Positions 43,489-52,537 of a stretch of DNA of 64,000 bases are shown piece after piece (the first letter of the stretch is position 1; each line of letters begins with the position of its first letter). Source of the DNA: an uncultured delta proteobacterium (GTDB lineage Bacteria > Myxococcota_A > Polyangia > Polyangiales > Polyangiaceae). The position numbers and the translations under genes are program-made. Under the pieces are notes generated by a model, which saw nothing but the letters and a program-made list of their open reading frames with translations, made no database searches and was not told the DNA's origin. The stretch is taken from NCBI GenBank assembly GCA_963782055.1, contig CAWAIF010000003.1, positions 1,056,001-1,120,000 of the forward strand. Direction: 5' to 3'.

Positions 43489-45915
43489 TCAGTTCACGCA
43501 GGGCGCCTTGACCGGTGCGCTCTGGTCGTTGTCCTCGCGGCACTCGTGGAAGGTGGGGTTCTTCGGGTCGATGAGGATCTTGGCGTAGAGGGTGTCGCTG
43601 CTGGTCGCCGGCGCCGAGAGGTTGACCGTCAGCGTCTGCGTCTGGCCGGGCAGCAGCCCGATGGTGGTGGTGGCGGTGCCAACCTGGACATCCCCCGGCG
43701 TGACGAAGACGCCCACGACGACGCCCGCCGGCAACCCCGACTGCCCGATGTTGCGCACCGACACGTGGGCGATGACAGGCGTCACGCACTCCGCGGTCAT
43801 GGAGACGACGGCGTCGGGCGCGTTGAAGATCCCCTTGTCCTGCACGTTCTGGCGGAAGTCGTTCAGCCACGGCAGCGTCCAGTTGGACGTCTCGTTCTTG
43901 GGGATGGAGCCGTAGACGTTCGGCCCGCTGCAGGCGTTGTCGGTGTCGTCGCAGATGTTGCTCACGTGGTAGGTGTGCTCGTTCCAGAGCGTGCGCGTGC
44001 CCACCCACGAGTCGGCGGTGTCGCCGATGGCGACCAGCCCGCGGTACGAGGAGTTGGACTCGGGCCCGGGGGTCCAGTACTGGCCGTTCATCGCCGTCTT
44101 GCCCTTCTCGTAACCGATGCAGTTCCAGTTGTTCATGTCGACGCCCTGCGAGGGGATGAGCATCTCCGCGTGGCCGTCGCCGTCGATGTCGGCGACGAGG
44201 GAGGCCTCGGTCGCCGTGAAGGAGGAGTGCGAGACCGCGAGCCGCTCGTTGCCCGTCTCGCCGTCGAAGACCCAGAGCCAGCACTCGTCGGCGTAGACCA
44301 CCTCCGCCTTGCCGTCGCCCTCGAAGTCGAAGACGGTGGAGCCGGTCACCGAGGACGAGAAGTCGTGGTTCTGCGCCTTCCACAGCAGCTTGAGGACCTT
44401 GTTCTTGAGGTCCGGTTTGAGCACCGAGTAGTAGTTCGCCTGCGCGACGCCAATCTCCGGGAAGCCGTCGCCGTCGAAGTCGGCGATGGTGGGCGGGCCC
44501 CCGCCGCCCGTGCCGGGGAGGGCGAAGGGTCCGTAGACGATGGCGCCGGTCGCGCCGTCGAGCACCCACACCTTGCCGCTGCCGACCACCACGGCCTCCG
44601 GCTTGCCGTCCTTGTCGAAGTCGCCGACGCCCGGGAAGCCGTTGGTCACGCTGGTGTTCTGCCAGAGGGTCGTGCCGTCGGCCTTGTAGGCGGTGTTGCC
44701 GGCGAGTAGCTCCAGGTTGCCGTCGTTGGCGAGGTCGAGGTCGGAGATCGCGCTGAGCGCCTGGTTGGTCGCGCCGCCCGTTCCCTTCCCGCCGACCCAG
44801 GCGCGCGTGAGCGTGCCGCCCTTCATCGTCCAGACGGTGTCGCCGTAGGCGATCTCCGGCCAGCCGTCGTGGTCCATGTCGGCGATGGCGAGGCCTCCGC
44901 CCCAGCCGATGCCCGAGTTGATGGTGCCGTACGGCTTGTCGCTCGTGTACTTGACGTTCCCGTCGCGGTCGACGACGACGAGGTAGCCCTCGCCGGTCAT
45001 GGCGACCACGTCCATGAAGCCGTCCTGGTCGACGTCGCCCGTCGCGACCGAGATGCCTCCCATGAAGCCGACCGAGGTGTTGCTCGCCTTCCGGAGCGAC
45101 CACACGTCCTGCCCGGTGCGGCCGTCGACCATCCGCAGCACACCATCGTGGCAGGTGTTCGGGTAGCTGGGGCTGGTCGTGCTGCTGCAGTAGGTGGCCC
45201 CGGTGTCGCCGGAGACGAAGACGATGACCGGCGAGTCGAGGGAGTCGATCTTGCCGTCGCAGTTGGTGTCATGGACCCGGCCGACCGTGGGCGTCGCCCA
45301 GACGTCGATGAAGTTCTTGTACTGGGTCTCGTTCGGTCCCCAGACCCACTTCGTCTTCGCCGTCAGCGGGGCGCCGGCGTCGGGGTGGTACTCGCACTGC
45401 GCGACGCACGTGCCGCCGTCCGGCGCGCCGCCGTCGGGATCGCACGTGGGAGGCAGCGGGAGGCAGCGCCCCTCCACGGGCAGCGGCTCGCTGCAGCCGG
45501 CCTCCAGGGTGCCGCCGTCGCCGGTGCCGGCGTCCTTGTCGCCCAGGCTGGGCTCGCAGTACTGGCCGGGATCGCAGTCGTTGCCGCTGTGGCATGGCTT
45601 GCCGGGCGTGAGGCACTGATCGAAGAGGCACACGCTGCCGCCGCCGCAGCAGGCGCCGCCGCAGACGTTCTCCGCCTTGTCGCAGCAGACGCCGGAGCCC
45701 TGGATGCAGATGCCGCCGTCGCAGTCGGCCGACGAGCTGCAGCGCGAGCCGCCGTCGTCGAAGCTGGGCGCGTCGATGCCCGAGCCGTCGTCGCCGCCGA
45801 TGCCCGCGTCGCCGTTATCACCGCCGCCATCCGAGCCACACCCCACGTACGCCGCCGCGAAGAGCGCCGTCGCGGCCAGGGGAATGGACCACCTCACGAG
45901 CCGACCTACGTCCAT
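43489..45915 (-). CDS. FG-GAP (integrin-like beta-propeller) repeat lipoprotein with Cys-rich N-region and CARDB-like C-terminus
   Basis: ATG 45915; lipobox-like YVGC; multiple DxDxDG loops (DFDGDG, DIDGDG); DPKN..ECREDN terminus. Confidence 0.9.
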   Translation of the reverse strand: MDVGRLVRWSIPLAATALFAAAYVGCGSDGGGDNGDAGIGGDDGSGIDAPSFDDGGSRCSSSADCDGGICIQGSGVCCDKAENVCGGACCGGGSVCLFDQCLTPGKPCHSGNDCDPGQYCEPSLGDKDAGTGDGGTLEAGCSEPLPVEGRCLPLPPTCDPDGGAPDGGTCVAQCEYHPDAGAPLTAKTKWVWGPNETQYKNFIDVWATPTVGRVHDTNCDGKIDSLDSPVIVFVSGDTGATYCSSTTSPSYPNTCHDGVLRMVDGRTGQDVWSLRKASNTSVGFMGGISVATGDVDQDGFMDVVAMTGEGYLVVVDRDGNVKYTSDKPYGTINSGIGWGGGLAIADMDHDGWPEIAYGDTVWTMKGGTLTRAWVGGKGTGGATNQALSAISDLDLANDGNLELLAGNTAYKADGTTLWQNTSVTNGFPGVGDFDKDGKPEAVVVGSGKVWVLDGATGAIVYGPFALPGTGGGGPPTIADFDGDGFPEIGVAQANYYSVLKPDLKNKVLKLLWKAQNHDFSSSVTGSTVFDFEGDGKAEVVYADECWLWVFDGETGNERLAVSHSSFTATEASLVADIDGDGHAEMLIPSQGVDMNNWNCIGYEKGKTAMNGQYWTPGPESNSSYRGLVAIGDTADSWVGTRTLWNEHTYHVSNICDDTDNACSGPNVYGSIPKNETSNWTLPWLNDFRQNVQDKGIFNAPDAVVSMTAECVTPVIAHVSVRNIGQSGLPAGVVVGVFVTPGDVQVGTATTTIGLLPGQTQTLTVNLSAPATSSDTLYAKILIDPKNPTFHECREDNDQSAPVKAPCVN

Positions 45916-46104
45916 AGAAGCACTACATCCGCTCCAGCCGGAATAATCAAGCCAGGTTGTCGCTCCCCCCGCGTCCCATTCGGGTCCCCACCCCACCCCC
46001 GGACGCGCCCTGCCGCTCCACCGCTAGCATGCTTGCCATGCGACGGGCGACCGACGGGTCGGGATCCGGCAGGCAGCGCGCTGCGGCGCACGGACAGCGC
46101 GAGG

Positions 46105-46701
46105 TCACTTCCTCACGTACAACTCGACGAAGGTGTCGTTGCCGGAGTGGGAGATGAGCTCCAGCACGCCGCCGCTGCTCATATACTGGGCGGAGGAGTC
46201 GGTGCTGGTGCCGCACACCGGGCTGAAGTGGAGCGTGGTGGAGTCCTTCGTCACGGCCACGGTCAGCCGTTGTACCGGCGGCTGACCCTGCTCGGAGGCG
46301 ATCTGCCAGGTCGAGCCGGAGGCCTGGATGGTGACGGTGAGGTGGCCCAGGGTGGACGAGCTTCCGTTGGGTCCCGTGTAGTCCACGAACTTCTGCAGGA
46401 CGTAGGTGCCGTCCGGGATGGGACCTCCCAGCAGGAAGCTCGGCGGGTTCTGCGGCACCCCGACCAGAGGTACCAGTGGCCCGGACAACGCGATGCCGTT
46501 GCACTGGCCGGGCGGCGGGGGAGGAGGCTCCGCGTCCGCCGGCGGCTGCGCGTCGGGGAGGGGCGGGGGCGGAGGATTGAGGGCGTCGGCCATCGCGTCG
46601 GTGACGCCGGCGTCCTCGGAGGGGCCGGCGTCGGTGAGGCCGGCGATCTTCCCGCCGCAGGCGGACAGCGTGATCAAGGCAAGACAAGCGAATCGATTCA
46701 T
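46105..46701 (-). CDS. Hypothetical lipoprotein
   Basis: Lipobox LSAC; Pro-rich linker. Confidence 0.85.
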   Translation of the reverse strand: MNRFACLALITLSACGGKIAGLTDAGPSEDAGVTDAMADALNPPPPPLPDAQPPADAEPPPPPPGQCNGIALSGPLVPLVGVPQNPPSFLLGGPIPDGTYVLQKFVDYTGPNGSSSTLGHLTVTIQASGSTWQIASEQGQPPVQRLTVAVTKDSTTLHFSPVCGTSTDSSAQYMSSGGVLELISHSGNDTFVELYVRK

Positions 46702-46757
46702 GGCGGGAGCGTGTCGCGAGTCGGCGCGACGTGCAAGCGTCGCGCGCGGGCCAGGGG

Positions 46758-46787
46758 TTGACGGTCCGCGGAGCCGGGGCCTAAGAA
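46758..46787 (+). promoter_or_regulatory. Putative promoter of ubiE-ubiX
   Basis: TTGACG-N18-TAAGAA, same layout as 48736-48765. Confidence 0.55.
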
Positions 46788-46799
46788 CGAGGGACTTTC

Positions 46800-47558
46800 A
46801 TGACCACCCCGCCCATCGCCGAGCTCGACCGGCGGCCGATGCACGAGCGCGAGCACGGGCAGGCGGTGCGCTCCATGTTCGATCGCATCGCGCCCACCTA
46901 CGACGCGCTCAACCGGCTGATGAGCGCGGGGGTGGACCGGCGGTGGCGCAAGCAGGCGGTGGCCCTGCTGCGGCGCGCGCCGGCCGGGCCGGTGCTCGAT
47001 CTCTGCGCGGGGACCATGGACCTGACGGCCCTCGTCGCCCGCGCGCGCCCGAACGACCGCGTCATCGCGACCGACTTCGCCGCGGAGATGCTCGAGCGCG
47101 GGCGGCACAAGGCGCCGCGCGCCGAGCGCGTGGTGGCCGACGCGCTGGATCTGCCCTTCGAGTCGGCCTCTGTCGCGGCGGTCGTATGCGGCTTCGGCGT
47201 GCGCAACCTCGCCGACCCGGCGCTCGGCGCGCGGGAGGTGCGGCGCGTGCTGCGGCCGGGCGGGGTCTTCGTCGTGCTGGAGTTCTTCCGCCCGGAGCGC
47301 GCCGTCACCCGCGCGTTCCACGCGATCTACGCCGAGCGCGTGCTCCCCGCGGTGGGCGGTCTCTTCTCCGGCGACCGCGCGGCGTACCGCTACCTCGCCG
47401 ACAGCATGGGCGCCTTCCTCTCCCGCGCCGAGTACGAGGCGGTGCTGCGCGACGCGGGGTTCGTCAACGTGCGCGGGCAGGACCTGACGCTGGGCGTGGC
47501 GGGTCTGGTGCGCGCGGAAGCGCCATCCAGCGTCGAGCACCACCCCGAGGCACGGTGA
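46800..47558 (+). CDS. ubiE: Demethylmenaquinone methyltransferase (UbiE/MenG)
   Basis: MFDRIAPTYDALN, LDLCAGT, FGVRN, RVLRPGG, YRYLADS. Confidence 0.93.
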   Translation: MTTPPIAELDRRPMHEREHGQAVRSMFDRIAPTYDALNRLMSAGVDRRWRKQAVALLRRAPAGPVLDLCAGTMDLTALVARARPNDRVIATDFAAEMLERGRHKAPRAERVVADALDLPFESASVAAVVCGFGVRNLADPALGAREVRRVLRPGGVFVVLEFFRPERAVTRAFHAIYAERVLPAVGGLFSGDRAAYRYLADSMGAFLSRAEYEAVLRDAGFVNVRGQDLTLGVAGLVRAEAPSSVEHHPEAR

Positions 47559-48139
47559 GCACGGGCCGGCCCCGCAAGATCGCCGTGGGTGTGACGGGCG
47601 CGAGCGGCGCGCCGTACGCGAAGCGGCTGCTCGAGGTGCTGGCCGCCCGGCGTCGCGCGGGGGACGTCGAGGTCGGCGTGTGCCTCTCGTCCACCGCGCC
47701 GGAGGTGTGGGCGCTGGAGTGTGGCGGCGATCTGCGCGAGGCGCTCGCGACGCTGGACCTGCCGCTCTGGGGGCTGCGCGACTACAAGGCGCCCTTCGCG
47801 AGCGGCAGCGCCGGCTGGGACGCGATGGCGATCGTCCCGTGCTCCATGGGCACCGTCGGGCGCGTGGCGCACGGCATCTCCGACACGCTGCTCACCCGCG
47901 CGGCCGACGTCATGCTCAAGGAGCGTCGCGCGCTGATCGTGGTCCCCCGGGAGATGCCCCTCTCGGTCATCCACCTGGAGAACCTGACGGTGCTCGCGCG
48001 CGCGGGGGCGGTCGTGCTGCCCGCGAGCCCGACCTTCTACGGGAAGACGGAGACCCTCGCCGACGCGATCGACACCGTCGTGGGGCGCGTGCTCGATCAG
48101 CTCGGGGTGGAGCACGACCTCCTGAAGCGCTGGGGTTAG
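47555..48139 (+). CDS. ubiX: Flavin prenyltransferase UbiX
   Basis: GTG 47555; GVTGASGA, ASGS, PCSMGT, RAADVMLKERR, PREMP. Confidence 0.95.
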   Translation: MSTGRPRKIAVGVTGASGAPYAKRLLEVLAARRRAGDVEVGVCLSSTAPEVWALECGGDLREALATLDLPLWGLRDYKAPFASGSAGWDAMAIVPCSMGTVGRVAHGISDTLLTRAADVMLKERRALIVVPREMPLSVIHLENLTVLARAGAVVLPASPTFYGKTETLADAIDTVVGRVLDQLGVEHDLLKRWG

Positions 48140-48151
48140 CCCGGGCCGCGC

Positions 48152-48631
48152 TCAGGGGCGTGGCGTCCAGGTGCCGGCCCAGTCAGAGCAGGTGCCCGTC
48201 GCGATGATCTTCAGCGCGCCCTTGGCGTCCTTCTCGATGGACCCCTCGCAGTGGCCCTTCGTCTGGAAGGTGCAGGTGGTCTTCGACGAGCAGTCGACGC
48301 TGTCGAAGAGGTCGGAGGTGTTGGCGCCGCCGCCGGCGGTGATGGGGCCGACCTTGATCTGCGGCGCGTGCATCATGTCCCCCGACTTCATCGAGATGCC
48401 GGTCGAGGTCACGGTGAGCACGTCGGGGCCGCCGAGGGACGTGGACATGTCCATGTCGGGGAGCTGGAGGTCCTGCGGCATGCCGGGCATCGCGGGGAGG
48501 GTGCCGCCCTGCATCGTGGTCTTCGCCGCCGCGCCCGCCGCGGTGTAGGTGCCCGTGAGATCGGCCGGGAGCGCGTGCGCGTGGTGACAGCCCGCCGCCA
48601 GCAGGGCTACGAGGCCGAGCCGCTTGACCAT
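48152..48631 (-). CDS. Hypothetical lipoprotein
   Basis: Lipobox AAGC; paired cysteines. Confidence 0.75.
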   Translation of the reverse strand: MVKRLGLVALLAAGCHHAHALPADLTGTYTAAGAAAKTTMQGGTLPAMPGMPQDLQLPDMDMSTSLGGPDVLTVTSTGISMKSGDMMHAPQIKVGPITAGGGANTSDLFDSVDCSSKTTCTFQTKGHCEGSIEKDAKGALKIIATGTCSDWAGTWTPRP

Positions 48632-48735
48632 GGGCAGGGACTATGGAGGTCGGTGGGGGAGGCGTCAACGCGCCCCGGACCGCCCCCGACCGTCGGACTG
48701 CAAGGGTCGTGGCGGTCGGACGCCGGGCGCCTCCC

Positions 48736-48791
48736 TTGACTCCCCGCCGCGCCCGGTCCTAAGAATCGTTCGTTTCAAATATTTTTGAAAC
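48736..48791 (+). promoter_or_regulatory. Putative promoter plus palindromic operator of the mqn operon
   Basis: TTGACT-N18-TAAGAA, followed by GTTTCAAA-TATT-TTTGAAAC (48772-91). Confidence 0.7.
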
Positions 48792-48816
48792 ATTCGAGGA
48801 AAGGCTGAAAAGGCGA

Positions 48817-49401
48817 GTGACCCCCATCGTTTTGCAGGCGATCGAGGCCGCGGGTCTCGGCGACGTGCTGGTCGCGCGGCGCGCGGGGGACCTCCCGGCC
48901 GTGCGCGCCTCGGAGGCACGCCTGGTCGTCGCCGACCTGCTCGCGGTGGGCGCGCTGGCCGACGCGGTGCGCGCGGAGGAGGTGGGCGACGTGGTGCGCG
49001 TCCACACCGGCGCGCAGAGACCACGTCTCGACCCGGGCGTGCTGCTCGGCGCCGACGCCGGCGGGCTGGACCTGCTGCGGCGCGTGGCGATCGCGCGCCT
49101 CACCGCGCCGCGCGGGGCCGTGGTGGCCGTGGACTGGGCCGCGGCGGGCTTCGAGATCGCGCAGGTGGCGCTCGGCTTCGGCGCGGACGCGCTGGTCGGG
49201 CCGGTGCAGAGCCGGCGCGGCCTGCCCATCGCCGAGGACGCGGCGAAGAAGGTGAAGGGACAGGGCATGGTGGCGGTCGCGACGCTCAAGAAGCAGGAGA
49301 TCGCCGGCATCATCCGGCGCACCGGGCGCAGGCCGCTCTTCGACGACGAGGCGGAGTCCCCGCTCGAGCGGGCCGGCGTGGTCCAGGAGGAGGCGCGATG
49401 A
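48817..49401 (+). CDS. Internally deleted MqnE/CofH-family paralogue without the radical-SAM core
   Basis: N- and C-terminal segments align by eye to the adjacent MqnE; no cysteine; ATGA overlap with mqnE. Confidence 0.75.
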   Translation: MTPIVLQAIEAAGLGDVLVARRAGDLPAVRASEARLVVADLLAVGALADAVRAEEVGDVVRVHTGAQRPRLDPGVLLGADAGGLDLLRRVAIARLTAPRGAVVAVDWAAAGFEIAQVALGFGADALVGPVQSRRGLPIAEDAAKKVKGQGMVAVATLKKQEIAGIIRRTGRRPLFDDEAESPLERAGVVQEEAR

Positions 49402-50549
49402 GCCTGGAAGCGATCGCGAGGAAGGTGCGCGCCGGCGAGCGGCTGGACTTCGAGGACGGCGTGGCCCTCTTCCACGAGCCGGACCTGCTCGCCGTCGGCC
49501 AGCTCGCCAACGAGGTGCGCGAGCGCCTTCACGGGGACCGCACCTACTTCAACCGCAACATGCGGGTGGAGGTGACCAACGTCTGCGTCGCCTCCTGCCT
49601 CTTCTGCTCCTTCGCCAAGCTGGAGGAGGGATCCCCCGGCGCGCACACGATGAAGCTGGAGGACGCGTGGAAGGAGCTCGAGGCGCGGATGGATGACCCG
49701 CCGGGCGAGATCCACATCGTCAACGGGCTGCACCCCGGGCTGCCCTTCTCCTACTACGAGGAGCTGCTCCGCGGCTTCAAGCGCATCAAGCCGGACATCC
49801 ACATGAAGTGCTTCACCGCGGTGGAGATCCACTTCTTCGCGCAGCACTACAAGATGACCCACCGGGAGGTGCTGGAGAAGCTGCGGGCCGCGGGCCTGGA
49901 CAGCATGCCCGGCGGCGGCGCGGAGATCTTCCACCCGGACGTGCGCAAGCGGATCTCCGACGACAAGGCGACGGCGGACGAGTACCTGGAGGTGCACCGC
50001 GTCGCGCACTCGCTCGGCATGCGCACCAACGTGACGATGCTCTTCGGCCACATCGAGACCTTCGAGCACCGCGTCGACCACCTGCTGCGCACGCGCGCGC
50101 TGCAGGACGAGACGCGCGGGTTTCAGGTGTTCATCCCGCTCGCCTTCCACCCGGACGGCAACGGGATGAAGAACCTCCCGGCGCCGACGGCGGTGGACGA
50201 CCTGCGCACCCTCGCGGTGTCGCGCCTGATGCTCGACAACATCCCGCACATCAAGGCGTACTGGGTGTCGAGCGGGCCGGACGTCGCGCAGATCGCCCTG
50301 CGCTTCGGCGCGGACGACATCGACGGCACCATCGTGCACGAGACGATCTACCACGCGGCGGGATCGCGCGTGCCGCAGGGGCTCCGCTACGACGACCTGG
50401 TGCGCCTGATCCGCGAGGCGGGGCGCACGCCCATCGAGCGCGACACCCTCTACAACGTGGTGCGGGAGCACCCGCGCGCGGCCACGCCGGAGGCGGCGGT
50501 GAAGGTGCGCGAGCGCAAGGCGGGCAAGCACCTGGAGGTGCTCTCGTGA
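49398..50549 (+). CDS. mqnE: Aminodeoxyfutalosine synthase (radical SAM)
   Basis: CVASCLFC, EIHIVNGLHP, PGGGAEIF, FIPLAFHP, HIKAYW. Confidence 0.92.
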   Translation: MSLEAIARKVRAGERLDFEDGVALFHEPDLLAVGQLANEVRERLHGDRTYFNRNMRVEVTNVCVASCLFCSFAKLEEGSPGAHTMKLEDAWKELEARMDDPPGEIHIVNGLHPGLPFSYYEELLRGFKRIKPDIHMKCFTAVEIHFFAQHYKMTHREVLEKLRAAGLDSMPGGGAEIFHPDVRKRISDDKATADEYLEVHRVAHSLGMRTNVTMLFGHIETFEHRVDHLLRTRALQDETRGFQVFIPLAFHPDGNGMKNLPAPTAVDDLRTLAVSRLMLDNIPHIKAYWVSSGPDVAQIALRFGADDIDGTIVHETIYHAAGSRVPQGLRYDDLVRLIREAGRTPIERDTLYNVVREHPRAATPEAAVKVRERKAGKHLEVLS

Positions 50550-52447
50550 CCTCGGCGGACGAGAGGCTGCGCGTCGCGGGGGTGCAGTACCTCAACGCGC
50601 GCCCGCTCTACGAGGGGCTGGATCGCGAGCCGGCGTCGGCGCGCGTGCGGCTGGACCTGGCGCTCCCCAGCGAGGTGGCGCGGCGGGTGGCGGAGGACGA
50701 GGCGGACGTGGCGCTGATGCCCGTCGCCGCGGCCGCGACGATCGGCGATCTGCGCATGGTGCGGGGCAGCGCCATCGGCGCGCGCGGCAAGGTGCGCAGC
50801 GTGGTGATCTTCTCCGAGCGTCCTGTCGAGGAGCTGGAGGAGGTCGCGCTGGATCTCTCCTCGCGCACCAGCGTGGTGCTGGCGCGGCTGGTGCTGCGCG
50901 CGCGTCTGGGCAAGGAGCCGGTGCTGCGCGGTCTCGCGTCGAAGGACGCGCTCGACTTCGTCGGCGGCACGCGCGGCGCGGTGGTCATCGGCGATCCGGC
51001 GCTCGCCCACGAGGGCCGGTTCCCCTTCACGCTGGATCTCGGCGAGGCGTGGCTGGAGCGGACGGGCCTGCCCTTCGTCTTCGCCGCGTGGTGCGGGCGT
51101 CCGGGCGCGATCACGCCGGAGGACGAGCGGCTCTTCGACGAGGCGCGCGTCCAGGGCCTGCGCGCGCGCGACGCCATCGCCGACGCACACGCCGAGGCGA
51201 GCGGGCTGCCGAAGGAGAGCCTGCGCGCGTACCTGCAGGAGGCGATTCGCTACCCGTTCGGCGAGGAGGAGGCGGAGGGGCTGCAGCGCTTCTTCGACGA
51301 GGCGGCGGAGGCGCGGCTGCTCCCGGCGACGCGCGTGCGCTTCTATGGCGATCGCGAGCGCGTGCACTCGGTGCCGTCGCTCGACACGCTGCTGCAGCGC
51401 GCGGCCGACGGGGAGCGGCTGTCGGCGGCGGAGGGCGAGCGGCTCGCCGCGGGCGCGGGCCTGTTCGACCTGGGCCTCGCGGCGGACGCGGTGCGCGCGC
51501 GCCGCCACCCGCACGGGGTGGTGACGTACATCGTCGACCGCAACGTCAACTACACCAACGTCTGCACCACGAGCTGTCGCTTCTGCGCCTTCTACAGGCC
51601 GGTCGGCCACCCGGAGGGCTACGTGCTCTCGCGCGAGGTGCTCGGCCAGAAGCTCCAGGAGGTGGTGGACGCGGGCGGGGTGCAGATCCTCCTGCAGGGC
51701 GGCCTCAACCCGGACCTGCCCATCGGCTGGTACGAGGACCTCTTCCGGTGGATCAAGGCGCAGTACGGCCTGGGGCTGCACGCGCTCTCGCCGGAGGAGA
51801 TCCTGCACGTCGCGCGGATGGAGTCGCTGCCGGTGCGGCAGGTGCTGGAGCGGCTGCACGCCGCGGGGCTGGACAGCGTGCCGGGTGGGGGCGCGGAGAT
51901 CCTGGTCGACAGGGTGCGGCGGCGCATCGCGAAGGCGAAGTGCACCAGCGAGGAGTGGCTGGGCGTGATGCGTACGGCGCACCACATGGGCCTGCGCTCC
52001 AGCGCCACGATGATGTACGGCACGACCGACACGGCGCGCGACCGGGTCACGCACCTGATCAAGCTGCGCGACCTGCAGGACGAGACGGGCGGCTTCACCG
52101 CCTTCTTCTGCTGGGACTTCCAGCACGAGGAGGGGGTGCGCATCGAGGCGGGCGACCACGGCACGCACCTGTACCTGCGGCAGCAGGCGCTCGCGCGCAT
52201 CCTGCTGGACAACGTGGAGCACGTGGGCGCCTCGTGGGTGACGCAGGGGCCGGAGATCGGGCAGCTCGCGCTGCGCTTCGGCGCGGACGATTTCGGGAGC
52301 GTGATGTTCGAGGAGAACGTGGTGTCCAGCGCAGGGACGACGTACTGCATCGACGCCGACGCGATCGAGAGTCGCATCCGCGGCGCGGGCTTCAAGAGCG
52401 TGAGGCGCAACGTGAAGTACGAGTGGCTGGACGAGCCGCGCGCGTAG
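50546..52447 (+). CDS. mqnC: Fusion of chorismate dehydratase MqnA and cyclic dehypoxanthinyl futalosine synthase MqnC
   Basis: GTG 50546. N-half has YLNARPL, SRTSVVL, IGD.AL, TGLPFVFAAW. C-half has TYIVDRNVNYTNVC..CRFCAFYR, LLQGG, SWVTQG, GSVMFEENVV. Confidence 0.92.
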   Translation: MTSADERLRVAGVQYLNARPLYEGLDREPASARVRLDLALPSEVARRVAEDEADVALMPVAAAATIGDLRMVRGSAIGARGKVRSVVIFSERPVEELEEVALDLSSRTSVVLARLVLRARLGKEPVLRGLASKDALDFVGGTRGAVVIGDPALAHEGRFPFTLDLGEAWLERTGLPFVFAAWCGRPGAITPEDERLFDEARVQGLRARDAIADAHAEASGLPKESLRAYLQEAIRYPFGEEEAEGLQRFFDEAAEARLLPATRVRFYGDRERVHSVPSLDTLLQRAADGERLSAAEGERLAAGAGLFDLGLAADAVRARRHPHGVVTYIVDRNVNYTNVCTTSCRFCAFYRPVGHPEGYVLSREVLGQKLQEVVDAGGVQILLQGGLNPDLPIGWYEDLFRWIKAQYGLGLHALSPEEILHVARMESLPVRQVLERLHAAGLDSVPGGGAEILVDRVRRRIAKAKCTSEEWLGVMRTAHHMGLRSSATMMYGTTDTARDRVTHLIKLRDLQDETGGFTAFFCWDFQHEEGVRIEAGDHGTHLYLRQQALARILLDNVEHVGASWVTQGPEIGQLALRFGADDFGSVMFEENVVSSAGTTYCIDADAIESRIRGAGFKSVRRNVKYEWLDEPRA

Positions 52448-52537
52448 GTTCCGGCTCGCCGGCGGCCTAGCACCAGGCGGGGAGGCGGGGCGTCGTGCCG
52501 CGTCTGTGCTAGGCTCGGGCGAGGAAAGGGGGCGGTC

